Positions 20,279-29,697 of a stretch of 64,000 nucleotides of DNA are shown here, in pieces. This DNA comes from an uncultured Candidatus Marinamargulisbacteria bacterium (GTDB lineage: Bacteria > Margulisbacteria > Riflemargulisbacteria > GWF2-35-9 > DYQY01). The notes under the pieces were generated by a model. It had not been told where the DNA came from. It searched no databases and was given only the letters and a program-made list of their open reading frames with translations. The translations under genes and the position numbers were made by a program. Location of the stretch: positions 8,441 through 72,440 of the forward strand of contig CAYSAQ010000002.1 of assembly GCA_964429235.1 (NCBI GenBank), read 5' to 3'. The first letter of the stretch is position 1. Every line of letters begins with the position of its first letter.

Positions 20279-20749
20279 ATGCCCGGATGTGGTAAAAGGA
20301 AAAATTGGTGTATGAATGGTCTTCGTGGTGGAGGTTACAGAATGACTGTAACAAGACAAAGTATCATTAATGTATTAAATACCACGAAGGAACATCTAAG
20401 CGCTGAAGATATATTCGAGAAAGTGAAAAATATTCACGAAGGAATTGGGCTTGCTAGTGTTTATAGAAACCTTGAGCTTCTTATTGAGCTAAATCTCGTA
20501 CATAAACATAATTTTGGAGAAGGCAAATCTCGGTATGAAATTACCACCGACGAGAACGCCAACACAAATCATCATCATCTTATTTGTACTAGTTGTGGAA
20601 AAATAGTAGACTACGACGAAATTTTAAGCGAAGAAAAATCAATGTCTAAAAATACTGAGCAAAAGCTTACTAAAAAGTATGGTTTTTCTATTGAGCGCCA
20701 CAACGTTCAATATTTGGGAACTTGTAAAAAATGTATTGCTGCTAATTGA
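20279..20749 (+). CDS. Fur family transcriptional regulator
   Basis: wHTH region, then HHHLICTSCGKI and a C-terminal CKKC zinc-site pair. The start may instead be the internal Met at 20341. Confidence 0.85.
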   Translation: MPGCGKRKNWCMNGLRGGGYRMTVTRQSIINVLNTTKEHLSAEDIFEKVKNIHEGIGLASVYRNLELLIELNLVHKHNFGEGKSRYEITTDENANTNHHHLICTSCGKIVDYDEILSEEKSMSKNTEQKLTKKYGFSIERHNVQYLGTCKKCIAAN

Positions 20750-20800
20750 TTTTTTTTGTTGAGTAATTGAGAATTAGTCTCAATAAGAAAGGAGAACATC

Positions 20801-21037
20801 ATGGCTAGAAGAGATGGAACAGGACCAACGGGAGAAGGAGAAATGACTGGAAGAGGATTAGGAGATTGCGCATCTAATAGCGAAAATAAAGGTACAGACA
20901 AGAAAAGTATTTTAGGATTTGGCTTTGGACTAGGTCGCGGTAGAGGAAGAGGTCGCGGAATGGGCTTAGGAAGAATGATGCCTTGGGCAACAAATAATAA
21001 AGGAGCAAATAATGAAAATAGCAGTAGCAACGGATAA
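20801..21037 (+). CDS. DUF5320 family protein
   Basis: MARRDGTGPTGEGEMTGRGLGDC N-terminus and a Gly/Arg-rich middle typical of DUF5320. Confidence 0.65.
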   Translation: MARRDGTGPTGEGEMTGRGLGDCASNSENKGTDKKSILGFGFGLGRGRGRGRGMGLGRMMPWATNNKGANNENSSSNG

Positions 21038-21386
21038 CGGTGTAGTATCAGAGCATTTTGGGAGATGCCCATCATACACAATTACAGACATCATTGATAA
21101 CAAAATTGAAAACCAATTACTTGTAGATAATCCTGGACACGAACCTGGCAAAATCCCTGAATTTCTAAACGATTTAGGTGTACAAGTAATTATTGCAGGA
21201 GGCATGGGACCAAGAGCTGTTGGATTCTTTACTGACTATAAAATTCAAGTAATTATGGGTGCCACAGGCCCAGTAGAAGCCATAGTTTCAAACTATGCAA
21301 ACGAAACGCTCACCACAGGCGACTCAACTTGCACTGAAGGTGGCGGAAAAGGTTATGGCCTTGATAAAGCCGTCTGTGATCATTAA
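21012..21386 (+). CDS. NifB/NifX-like (dinitrogenase FeMo-cofactor-binding domain) protein
   Basis: MKIAVATDNGVVSEHFGRCPSYTI start typical of this family. AAAGGAG Shine-Dalgarno upstream. Confidence 0.8.
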   Translation: MKIAVATDNGVVSEHFGRCPSYTITDIIDNKIENQLLVDNPGHEPGKIPEFLNDLGVQVIIAGGMGPRAVGFFTDYKIQVIMGATGPVEAIVSNYANETLTTGDSTCTEGGGKGYGLDKAVCDH

Positions 21387-21412
21387 ATATAAAGCTAAAA
21401 CAGGAGAAAAAA

Positions 21413-21775
21413 ATGAAAATAGCAATTACTGCAGAACAAGATAATATAAGCTCTATGCTAGACCCTCGATTTGGCAGAGGCAAATACTTTGTTATCTATA
21501 ACACTGATACTGATAAAATAGAAAAAATAATAAACAACAATGACAATGTAGAAATACAAGGTGGAGCAGGAACTAGTGCTGCACAAAAGATTGCTGATGA
21601 AGATGCTGAAGCTATTATCTCTGGAAACTTTGGTCCCAATGCAAGCAAAGGTCTAAATGCTTTTGGAATTAAAATGTATTCAGCAGAACCAGACAGATTA
21701 CAAAATGTTATCACTCGCTTTAAAAAAGGAGAGCTAACGCTTGTAAATGAAGCAACTGTAGCTGGACACCACTAA
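21413..21775 (+). CDS. NifB/NifX-like protein (second copy)
   Basis: MKIAITAEQDN..DPRFGRGKYFVIY, same fold family. Confidence 0.75.
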   Translation: MKIAITAEQDNISSMLDPRFGRGKYFVIYNTDTDKIEKIINNNDNVEIQGGAGTSAAQKIADEDAEAIISGNFGPNASKGLNAFGIKMYSAEPDRLQNVITRFKKGELTLVNEATVAGHH

Positions 21776-22617
21776 TGAAAATTGCAGTTGCAAGTGGCAA
21801 AGGAGGAACAGGAAAAACGCTTGTTTCAACTAATCTCTTCAGTGTACTAAAAGACTCTGCTTTTTTAGATTGTGATGTTGAAGAACCTAATGGCCATATT
21901 TTTTTAAAGCCAAATGAAACAAAAATTATTCCTGTTGATGTAAAAACTCCTGTAGTTGATGAAGCCAAATGTTCACACTGTGGAAAGTGCGCACAGGTCT
22001 GTAACTTTAATGCAATACTAAGCGCCAAACAAAAAGTGCTAGTATTCCCAGAGCTATGCCACAGTTGTGGAAGTTGCAGTTATTTTTGCCCAGAAAATGC
22101 TATATCTGAACAATCAAGAGAGATTGGTAACATTAAAGTTGATACAAACAAACACATTTATACAGGCAGACTAAACATAGGAGAACCTATGGCTCCTCCT
22201 GTTATAAAATTACTTAAAAACTGTATTACAAAAAACTATAAAGACATTGTCTTAGACGCTCCTCCGGGAACATCTTGTCCTGTGGTAGAAACCATCGCTG
22301 GAGTAGACTATGTTGTACTCGTTACAGAAGCAACACCCTTTGGTCTAAATGATTTAAAACTTGCAGTAGAAGTTGTGAAAAAAACAAATATTCCTGTTGG
22401 CGTTGTAGTGAATAAAACTTTTGAGGAAGAAACACTAATTGCAAAATATTGCGAATCAGAGAATATTCCTGTTTTGCTTAATATCCCACATGATAATTGG
22501 ATAGCTAGTGAATACTCAAAAGGAAACTTAATTACTTCTAATGAAGAATATAAAAACATGTTTATAAAATTAAGAGAAGATATTCAAAATGACTTGAAAG
22601 GACGGAGTTTATGCTGA
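21775..22617 (+). CDS. MinD/ParA-type P-loop ATPase with 4Fe-4S ferredoxin insert
   Basis: ASGKGGTGKT. Two Cys clusters (CSHCGKCAQVC, CHSCGSCSYFC). DAPPGTSCP. Confidence 0.85.
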   Translation: MKIAVASGKGGTGKTLVSTNLFSVLKDSAFLDCDVEEPNGHIFLKPNETKIIPVDVKTPVVDEAKCSHCGKCAQVCNFNAILSAKQKVLVFPELCHSCGSCSYFCPENAISEQSREIGNIKVDTNKHIYTGRLNIGEPMAPPVIKLLKNCITKNYKDIVLDAPPGTSCPVVETIAGVDYVVLVTEATPFGLNDLKLAVEVVKKTNIPVGVVVNKTFEEETLIAKYCESENIPVLLNIPHDNWIASEYSKGNLITSNEEYKNMFIKLREDIQNDLKGRSLC

Positions 22618-23480
22618 GCAAAGTCGAAGTAAAACAAATCACTGTTATTAGCGGAAAAGGTGGAACTGGGAAAACAACAATTACGGCTGCATTAGCACAT
22701 CTCGCACAAAACACTGTGTTTGCTGATTGCGACGTTGATGCTGCAGACCTTCATATTTTACTTAAACCTTCTATACAAGAAACCTATTCGTTTTTAGCAG
22801 GTCAATCTTATCAAATTGATAATACAAAATGTACTGATTGCGGGAAATGTAGAGACTTATGCAGATACGATGCAATTTCATCTGAACATGTAATAGATCC
22901 TATTGCCTGTGAAGGTTGTGGCCTCTGTTATAACCTTTGCCCTGACGTTATTACTGAAACTAATAAGGAGGCAGGAAAATACTTTATTTCTAAAACATAT
23001 TTTGAAGCAATGATGGTACATGCAAAGCTGAATATAGCTGAAGATAACTCTGGAAAACTTGTATCTATGGTAAGAAAAAAAGCACGAGAAATTGCAATCA
23101 AAAACAACAACGAATACATTTTATTAGATGGCCCTCCTGGAACTGGCTGCCCTGTAAATGCAGCTATAGTAGGAGTGAATCTTGCGCTAGTGGTAACAGA
23201 ACCTACTCTTTCGGGTATTCATGATTTAGAAAGAATACTAGCTGTTGCCAAACATTTTGGGATTACATCCGCTGTTGTTATCAACAAATTTGATATAAAT
23301 GAAGAAAACACAGCTCTTATTGAAGAAATCTGTAAGAAACAAAACATTAACTGTCTTGAAAAAATCCCTTATGACAAAATTATGGTAGAGTCTTTAATCG
23401 CCGAACAAAGCATTATTAGTTTTGCGCCAGAGCATTTGATTAGTAAATTAATAAAAAACATCTGGGAGCAAATTAAATAG
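22611..23480 (+). CDS. MinD/ParA-type P-loop ATPase with 4Fe-4S ferredoxin insert (second copy)
   Basis: SGKGGTGKTT. CTDCGKCRDLC and CEGCGLCYNLC. DGPPGTGCP. Confidence 0.85.
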   Translation: MLSKVEVKQITVISGKGGTGKTTITAALAHLAQNTVFADCDVDAADLHILLKPSIQETYSFLAGQSYQIDNTKCTDCGKCRDLCRYDAISSEHVIDPIACEGCGLCYNLCPDVITETNKEAGKYFISKTYFEAMMVHAKLNIAEDNSGKLVSMVRKKAREIAIKNNNEYILLDGPPGTGCPVNAAIVGVNLALVVTEPTLSGIHDLERILAVAKHFGITSAVVINKFDINEENTALIEEICKKQNINCLEKIPYDKIMVESLIAEQSIISFAPEHLISKLIKNIWEQIK

Positions 23481-23834
23481 ATGGAGACAAGCTTTGAGGA
23501 TTTATCCACGGCTAGAAAACTTCTTGGACTAAAGGAAGAAGCTAGCTACGCTGATATAAAAGAACATTTTTATGAGAAAATCAAAAAATATCATCCTGAC
23601 AAAAACAGGTCAGATAACGATGCTCACTGGGAATCCATCAGAATAACAAAAGCTTATGAAATAGTTATGAAATATTGCCAAAAATACAAAATATCATTTA
23701 GAAAAGAAGATTACTTAAAACAAGAAACAAAAATTGAACTGCATTCATCAGGCTCAGCAGAATACCACAAATGGTGGATGGACACCTATGGGGATGACCC
23801 AGCTTGGGGTAAAGGTGGCATAACAGATGATTGA
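23481..23834 (+). CDS. J-domain (DnaJ-like) protein
   Basis: HPD motif in KKYHPDKN within a J-domain-sized N-terminus. Confidence 0.75.
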   Translation: METSFEDLSTARKLLGLKEEASYADIKEHFYEKIKKYHPDKNRSDNDAHWESIRITKAYEIVMKYCQKYKISFRKEDYLKQETKIELHSSGSAEYHKWWMDTYGDDPAWGKGGITDD

Positions 23835-24462
23835 ACAAAGCCCTTTCGAAGAACATGCAAAAGAGTATGACAATTGGTTTGAAAAAAATCATAACACCTA
23901 TCTATCTGAACTCCTTTTAATTAGTGGATTATTTCCTGCTTCTGGAAAAGGAATTGAGATAGGAGTAGGAACCGGAAGGTTCGCGCAATTTCTAAAAATC
24001 AAAGAGGGTGTAGATATTTCAAAAAAAATGATGGAAATCGCAGAAAAAAGAGGTATAAAAACACATTTTGCTCATGCTGATTCTTTACCATTTAAAGACA
24101 ACTCATATAATAATGTATTAATGGTAACAACTATCTGCTTTGTAAAAGATCCTCTTGCTGCACTAAAAGAAGCTTATCGGATCTTAGCTAATAATGGAGT
24201 CATTGTTGTTGGATTTGTTGATAAAGATAGTTTGATTGGCAAAAATTATCAAAAAAAGAAATATCAAAATAAATTCTACAAAAATGCCACCTTTTACAAC
24301 AGCAATGAAATTGTTTCGTTACTTGAGAGAGCTAACTTTAAAATTCAAAAAATCAAACAAACGCTATATGATAAATCAGAAAACATAACAGAACTTCAAG
24401 AAATAAAAGATGGGCATGCTGACGGAAGCTTTATTGGCATAAAAGCTATAAAAACCTGCTAG
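23827..24462 (+). CDS. Class I SAM-dependent methyltransferase
   Basis: Motif I GIEIGVGTGRF, methyltransferase-11-like. Confidence 0.8.
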   Translation: MIEQSPFEEHAKEYDNWFEKNHNTYLSELLLISGLFPASGKGIEIGVGTGRFAQFLKIKEGVDISKKMMEIAEKRGIKTHFAHADSLPFKDNSYNNVLMVTTICFVKDPLAALKEAYRILANNGVIVVGFVDKDSLIGKNYQKKKYQNKFYKNATFYNSNEIVSLLERANFKIQKIKQTLYDKSENITELQEIKDGHADGSFIGIKAIKTC

Positions 24463-24471
24463 AATATATCC

Positions 24472-24708
24472 ATGTTAAAACACAATGTTTCTAAAGAAGA
24501 AAAACTTAAACTTATCAATCAGCTGCAAGAATTCTTTGCTGTAGAACGAGATGAAGACTTAGGAGTAATTGCAGCCGAAGAATTGCTTGATTTCTTTACA
24601 GAAGAAATCGCTGAGGATTACTACAAAAAAGGTTTAGCTGATTCCAAAAAATGGTTCATGCAAAAGTTTCATGAACTAGACTTAGATTTCGATTCTTTTC
24701 ACAACTAG
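24472..24708 (+). CDS. DUF2164-like small protein
   Basis: 78 aa. The [22 protein letters not shown] pattern resembles DUF2164. Confidence 0.5.
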   Translation: MLKHNVSKEEKLKLINQLQEFFAVERDEDLGVIAAEELLDFFTEEIAEDYYKKGLADSKKWFMQKFHELDLDFDSFHN

Positions 24709-25229
24709 CTTAGTTCGTCTAAAAGAGCATTCCAAATATCTAGCTGCATAGTTACTTCTTCTGGAAGGTTTTCTAATTCGCCATCTATTTTTAGAGTTTC
24801 AATGATATCGCCTTGAGCGATTTCGTTTACTACCTTCATATCTTTCTTTGCTACAACTTTTCCAAACACTGTGTGTTTTCCGTCTAACCAAGCTGTTTCT
24901 ACATGCGTGATAAAGAACTGGCTACCATTTGTTCCTGGTCCAGAGTTTGCCATAGAAAGAACTCCTGGCTCATCATGCTTAAGATCAGCTCTGCATTCAT
25001 CTGCAAAATCATATCCAGGACCACCAGATCCGATTCCAAGTGGACAACCACCTTGAACCATAAAGTCTTCTATTACTCTATGAAACTTTAGACCATCGTA
25101 ATAGCCTCTTTTTGCTAAGTTAGAAAAATTAGCTACTGTTAATGGAGTCTTCTCAAGATAAAGATCTAATCTAATAGACCCTTTATTTGTTTTCATTGTT
25201 GCTCTTATTGTTCCTTTTGGTCTTTTCAT
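24705..25229 (-). CDS. Cyclophilin-type peptidyl-prolyl cis-trans isomerase
   Basis: [13 protein letters not shown] and [10 protein letters not shown] motifs. Confidence 0.9.
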   Translation of the reverse strand: MKRPKGTIRATMKTNKGSIRLDLYLEKTPLTVANFSNLAKRGYYDGLKFHRVIEDFMVQGGCPLGIGSGGPGYDFADECRADLKHDEPGVLSMANSGPGTNGSQFFITHVETAWLDGKHTVFGKVVAKKDMKVVNEIAQGDIIETLKIDGELENLPEEVTMQLDIWNALLDELS

Positions 25230-25401
25230 TTTAAATCACTCCATAACTAATTTTGATATATTTTATTAACAGACTAAGTTTACCAACTTGCTGAGCTTTC
25301 GGCAATTAATGAAACTTACTACCTCGACTATTTGCAAATTTACTTTCAAAAAATCTCACTATGTTACTATATTAAATACAATTACAATTTAAGGAACAAT
25401 C

Positions 25402-26238
25402 ATGACAAAACTATCAGCGACTTCAGCGCTAGTATTGCTTTGGGGCGATCACAAAAGCTACAAAAGCGAATGTGCTAAGGATTATCTATCCCAACTAGAT
25501 TTGAGCGAAGGCAGGTCTCTTTATGAACAGTGCGAGAATATCTGTCCTTACTATGCTGAAGTTATAAAGAATCGAAAATATGGCGTATTGCATTTAGTAA
25601 AGCAAGTTATCGATAACGAGAACAAGCTGTTCCAGGTAATAATAGCTGGGGCCGGCCTTGATGCTCTTGGCATAGAAATAGCGGGAAATTACCCTAATAC
25701 CAATTTGTTCGAGCTTGATTGCGATAATATGAACTTAAAATCAAAACTACATGGGAATATAAAAGCTAAAACAAGGTCGAATATAGTCTTTATTGAAGCT
25801 GACCTTTTAAACACACCTTCAGTTCATAAGCTTCTTATTGCTGCTGGCTGGAGTTCGCTTAAGCCAACACTACTAATTATGGAAGGTGTCAGCTATTATT
25901 TATCCGAAAAATCAATTGCTAATCTAGTGGAAAAAATTAAACCTAATTGGACGATTTTTGAATTTCTAAAACAAGATAGTACAGTTGCGGATGATAAGCT
26001 ATCCATCGCAAATAGTATCTTTGGCCTTATTTCATCTGACTGCAATTTAACTAGTATCCACAAATATGATTATTCTATGATTGAAAACTTTATTGATAAT
26101 ATGATTATCACCAACAAGCTTAACATGAAAGATTTGGAACAAAAAAGAACCGGGCATAACAAATTTTTCCCAAAAGAAGCCAGTGGCTGGATTGATATTT
26201 GCTTATTAGAAAAACTTCCAAAAAAAACTAAAATTTAG
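25402..26238 (+). CDS. SAM-dependent methyltransferase (leucine carboxyl / O-methyltransferase-like)
   Basis: VIIAGAGLDALGIE motif I region typical of LCM-type methyltransferases. Confidence 0.55.
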   Translation: MTKLSATSALVLLWGDHKSYKSECAKDYLSQLDLSEGRSLYEQCENICPYYAEVIKNRKYGVLHLVKQVIDNENKLFQVIIAGAGLDALGIEIAGNYPNTNLFELDCDNMNLKSKLHGNIKAKTRSNIVFIEADLLNTPSVHKLLIAAGWSSLKPTLLIMEGVSYYLSEKSIANLVEKIKPNWTIFEFLKQDSTVADDKLSIANSIFGLISSDCNLTSIHKYDYSMIENFIDNMIITNKLNMKDLEQKRTGHNKFFPKEASGWIDICLLEKLPKKTKI

Positions 26239-26317
26239 AGCGATTAAAATATTTCTTGCACAAACAATAAAAATATCTTACCATATCGCCAGATAACTAT
26301 ATGGATGGGAGCGTTAC

Positions 26318-26668
26318 TTGAATAATCTTGAACAAATATTAAAAACATTAGCAGACAAAAACAGGCTCAGGATATTCATGATACTAAGAACAAAAGAATG
26401 CTGCGTATGCGAATTATCCTATATGCTCGGCATTAAGCAACCAAGTGTCTCTCAGCATTTAAAAAAAATGAAGGATGCCGGACTTGTTGAAAGCAAACAA
26501 GAAGGATTTTGGACAAGTTACCATCTAACACCTATTACTCTCCCATATTTAAATATTTTATTAAATGTAATCTCCGAATGGATTGTCACTGATAACACTA
26601 TAAAAAATGACATAAATCTTCTCTCAAAAACAGACAGAAAATTAATTAAAGGAAAACCAAATGAATAA
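26318..26668 (+). CDS. ArsR/SmtB family metalloregulator
   Basis: CCVCEL metal-site motif plus wHTH (LGIKQPSVSQHLKKMKDAGLV). TTG start. Confidence 0.85.
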   Translation: MNNLEQILKTLADKNRLRIFMILRTKECCVCELSYMLGIKQPSVSQHLKKMKDAGLVESKQEGFWTSYHLTPITLPYLNILLNVISEWIVTDNTIKNDINLLSKTDRKLIKGKPNE

Positions 26669-27818
26669 AAAAAACAAAATGTTACTCATACTTGGATTTA
26701 TGGCCTTTCTTGCAAATGGCGACAACTACGCAGTTGCCCTACTACTAATTAATATAGCCAATGATTTAGGATTGCAGTTATCAACTGCTGCCATATCTGT
26801 TAGTGCTTACATGCTTTCTTTTGGCTTATTTACTATACTTTTTGGACCGTTATCTGATCGATTTGGCAAAGTTCAAATCATCACAATTGCGGCATTTGGA
26901 ACTTCCATTTTTAGCATCCTAGGTGGATTTGCGTTTAATCTGCCTTCTCTTATATTTTTCAGGGCCGTTAATGGCGCTTTTGCTGCTGGCATTTTCCCGG
27001 TTACATTAGCTCTAGTTGGCCAATCTTTTGACGATAATTCCCGACATAAAGCAATAGGCAAAGTAATGGGACTGATGTTTCTTGGTGGAGCAATGGCTAC
27101 AATTATAGGCGGCGCTTTAGCATATTTTGCATCATGGAGACTAGTTTATATTGGCTACGGCGTAGCCGAACTTTTAGTTTCATTTATTATGATTAAGTTT
27201 CTCGAGAAAGACTCCAATATTGTTGAGAAACTAAGATTTTTTAATGCATACAAAGCACCATTATCTAACATGAAATTCATGAGGCTAGTCTTCGTTATCT
27301 TCTTGGTTGGTTTCAGCGTATTTGGTAGTTTTACCTATTCAGGGAAGCTAATACAATCTATCAGCACTTTAAACATCTTACAAATAGGGATAATCCTCTC
27401 ATTATTTGGAGTCGGAACTGTTCTTGGCGGTAAAATCGCTCCTAAAATTAAAAAATCTTTTGGCAACATATATTTCCTTATTGCTGGAGCAATTGGCTTT
27501 ACATCCCTTGCTGCATTAGGCTCGATTACAGCTATATGGCTACTGTGCCTTGGTTTTATTGGTTTTGGTGTTGCCTTTATTATGATGCAATCTTCTCTTG
27601 TAGGAGCCGCACAAGAAATGCTTCCTAAAATGCGAGGAACAGCAATGTCACTAGCATCCTTTAACATGTTTGTTGGCGGCGCAATTGGCACAGCAGTTAA
27701 TGGGCTTATAGTTAAAAACTTCAACATCGCTAATATCTATTTAATAACTGCTTTTATCTTTCTTATTGCAACTATTCTCGCAACAATTTTTATAGGAAAT
27801 TTTAAAAAAGGAACCTAG
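26661..27818 (+). CDS. MFS transporter
   Basis: Twelve-helix profile. The GPLSDRFGK motif lies between TM2 and TM3. Overlaps the arsR-like gene by 8 nt. Confidence 0.85.
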   Translation: MNKKNKMLLILGFMAFLANGDNYAVALLLINIANDLGLQLSTAAISVSAYMLSFGLFTILFGPLSDRFGKVQIITIAAFGTSIFSILGGFAFNLPSLIFFRAVNGAFAAGIFPVTLALVGQSFDDNSRHKAIGKVMGLMFLGGAMATIIGGALAYFASWRLVYIGYGVAELLVSFIMIKFLEKDSNIVEKLRFFNAYKAPLSNMKFMRLVFVIFLVGFSVFGSFTYSGKLIQSISTLNILQIGIILSLFGVGTVLGGKIAPKIKKSFGNIYFLIAGAIGFTSLAALGSITAIWLLCLGFIGFGVAFIMMQSSLVGAAQEMLPKMRGTAMSLASFNMFVGGAIGTAVNGLIVKNFNIANIYLITAFIFLIATILATIFIGNFKKGT

Positions 27819-27880
27819 AAGAGGAATAAGCAGATTATTCAGGCTAAGTAGTGGTCATCGTCTAAAAAAAGAAATAGTGC

Positions 27881-27909
27881 TTGTCTAAACATAGCTTATT
27901 TCCTATAAT
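27881..27909 (+). promoter_or_regulatory. Candidate promoter of tRNA-Tyr
   Basis: TTGTCT, 17-nt spacer, TATAAT. The -10 hexamer ends 17 nt before the mature tRNA 5' end. Confidence 0.5.
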
Positions 27910-27926
27910 TACTCGTATCGTTTTGT

Positions 27927-28013
27927 GGACAGGTGGCCGAGTGGCTAAAGGCGGCAGACTGTAAATCTGCTCCGGTTTCCGGTACGTAGGTTCGAATCCT
28001 ACCCTGTCCACCA
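27927..28013 (+). tRNA. tRNA-Tyr (anticodon GTA), class II with long variable arm, CCA encoded
   Basis: Hand-folded cloverleaf. Acceptor GGACAGG/CCTGTCC. Anticodon stem GCAGA/TCTGC with loop CTGTAAA. Variable arm CCGG-TTT-CCGG. T arm GTAGG-TTCGAAT-CCTAC. Ends ACCA. Confidence 0.9.
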
Positions 28014-29459
28014 TTTCGGACCTTCATATCTACTAAAGAGCAATTTGCCAAGCTCAGTCCAGGCTATTGCTAGCTTTCCATCTTTCATAATTAGGTTCGA
28101 AACATAGTTTTTCATTAATTCTTGAAATAAGCTCGCATTTTCAATCTTATACCAGTACTTATCAAGATTAACGGCTAGTTCGAAAAGATTTGTAAAATCT
28201 TCTCTGGTCTTAATTGAAACAGACACATTTGCACTATATCTAGAAGTCTCCATGTTTAACTTATCTTGAAGGCTAGCTTTTCTTTCTACGAATTCCTCTT
28301 TGTTGATTAAGTCATCATCTAGATAGTCAAATAGTTTAGTGATTTTAGTTTTAATTCTTTGTATGGCCTTATTATTCTTTTCACTTGAGACTTTAGCTTC
28401 AGATTCAATATTATTAAACATTTCTTTTAACAATAATTGAATTTGTTTTTTATCTTCTTCAGTAAAACTTAACGTTTCAATGAAAGGTTGTAATTGTTTA
28501 ATGATTTTATTCTCTGAAAGATACTTTACAGAGTTAGTGCATTTTTTAGATTTACAACCATAAGTTGTAATACCCTTAGCTTTTTTATACTCTCCATACA
28601 TTTTGCTACCACAATCACAATAAATATAACCAGAAAACTTAAAGACACGTTTTGTTGCATCTTTTTTGTTGTTTCTCTTTCCAGACAACCTTTGTACCTT
28701 CTCAAACTCTTTTGGGGAAACAGCTGTTTCATAAATATGTCGATACAACTCTCCCTTAGATCTGCCATATCCCATATAAAAAGGATTTTTTAAACAATAG
28801 TTAACATTAGATTTTCTCATTTCTTTTGTTTTACTAATTTCAGTGGCGATTTTGCCGATGGAATACCCTTCCAGGGCCAATTCAAACATTTTCTTAACCA
28901 ATGGGAAGTGTTCGTCTGGGATAATTGTTTTTTTACCGTTAATAACCGTGTTTTTATAACCGAAAGGAGCTATGTGTCCCCATTCGCCACTCTTTCTTTT
29001 TTGGTCCATCCCTTTTTTTATTTCTTCAGAAAGATTATTGATATAGTTTTTAGCCAATACAACCTGAATATCTAGATTAAATTTATCTTGTGATTTTGAG
29101 TTCTTATCAAGCTTTAGCCCATTCTTGATAATATGAACTTGTGTATCTGTTGTTTCAATTAAATTATAGATTTCTATAAGGTCTTTGAAATTTCTGGTCA
29201 TTCTATCAACTTTTTCAAATATAATTACATCTATATTGTTCTTCCTAACATAGGAAAGCATTTCTTTAAATAGTTTTCTGTCGGCGTTCTTAGCAGATTC
29301 AGACTCTAAGTACTCCTTATCAATTTTTAATTTATTTTTCTTAGCATAATCTTTAAAAAGCTCAACTTGAGCAGGTATTGAGTATCCTTCTCTTTCCTGT
29401 TCCTTAGTGGATACCCTGGCATAGAATACCGCTTTAGTTACCATTAGGAATATCCTCAA
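27999..29459 (-). CDS. Large serine recombinase (integrase)
   Basis: Resolvase catalytic motif YARVSTKEQ. Recombinase domain. Cys-rich zinc ribbon (CDCGSKMYG..YGCKSKKC). Coiled-coil tail. The last four codons (WWTG) and the stop lie inside the tRNA-Tyr 3' end. Confidence 0.9.
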   Translation of the reverse strand: MRIFLMVTKAVFYARVSTKEQEREGYSIPAQVELFKDYAKKNKLKIDKEYLESESAKNADRKLFKEMLSYVRKNNIDVIIFEKVDRMTRNFKDLIEIYNLIETTDTQVHIIKNGLKLDKNSKSQDKFNLDIQVVLAKNYINNLSEEIKKGMDQKRKSGEWGHIAPFGYKNTVINGKKTIIPDEHFPLVKKMFELALEGYSIGKIATEISKTKEMRKSNVNYCLKNPFYMGYGRSKGELYRHIYETAVSPKEFEKVQRLSGKRNNKKDATKRVFKFSGYIYCDCGSKMYGEYKKAKGITTYGCKSKKCTNSVKYLSENKIIKQLQPFIETLSFTEEDKKQIQLLLKEMFNNIESEAKVSSEKNNKAIQRIKTKITKLFDYLDDDLINKEEFVERKASLQDKLNMETSRYSANVSVSIKTREDFTNLFELAVNLDKYWYKIENASLFQELMKNYVSNLIMKDGKLAIAWTELGKLLFSRYEGPKWWTG

Positions 29460-29652
29460 ACATGTCTTTGGGTTTAACAGCTAATGCATGGACTATTTTC
29501 TCTATTATCTCCATAGATGGCTTTCTGCGATTTTGCTCAATATTTGCAATGAAGGTAGAAGTAACCCCTACCTGCTCGGCAAGATCTACTTGCCTTAGGC
29601 CCTTTAACTTTCTAAGTCTTTTTAAGTTATAAGAAAATTCTTTCATTTGCAA
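29434..29652 (-). CDS. XRE-family helix-turn-helix regulator
   Basis: LRKLKGLRQVDLAEQVGVTSTFIANIEQNRRKPS is a canonical HTH_3 sequence. Confidence 0.85.
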   Translation of the reverse strand: MQMKEFSYNLKRLRKLKGLRQVDLAEQVGVTSTFIANIEQNRRKPSMEIIEKIVHALAVKPKDMFEDIPNGN

Positions 29653-29657
29653 TAATT

Positions 29658-29672
29658 ATAACACAGTGTTAT
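29658..29672. promoter_or_regulatory. Candidate operator (perfect 7-1-7 palindrome) between the XRE gene and the divergent ORF
   Basis: ATAACACAGTGTTAT, 6 nt upstream of the XRE start codon. Confidence 0.45.
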
Positions 29673-29697
29673 GATATAGTCAAAGAAAGGTGTTTGC

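Noticed and set aside
26239-26317. Possible ArsR operator (CCATAT..ATATGG and ATATCT..AGATA imperfect inverted repeats) upstream of the arsR-like gene.
   Set aside because: The arms are only 5-6 nt, imperfect and AT-rich, which is not distinguishable from background.
29674-29684. The 11-mer TATAGTCAAAG is shared between the XRE-region (29674-29684) and the TetR operator region (14850-14860).
   Set aside because: A short match within chance expectation, and the two regulators are unrelated.
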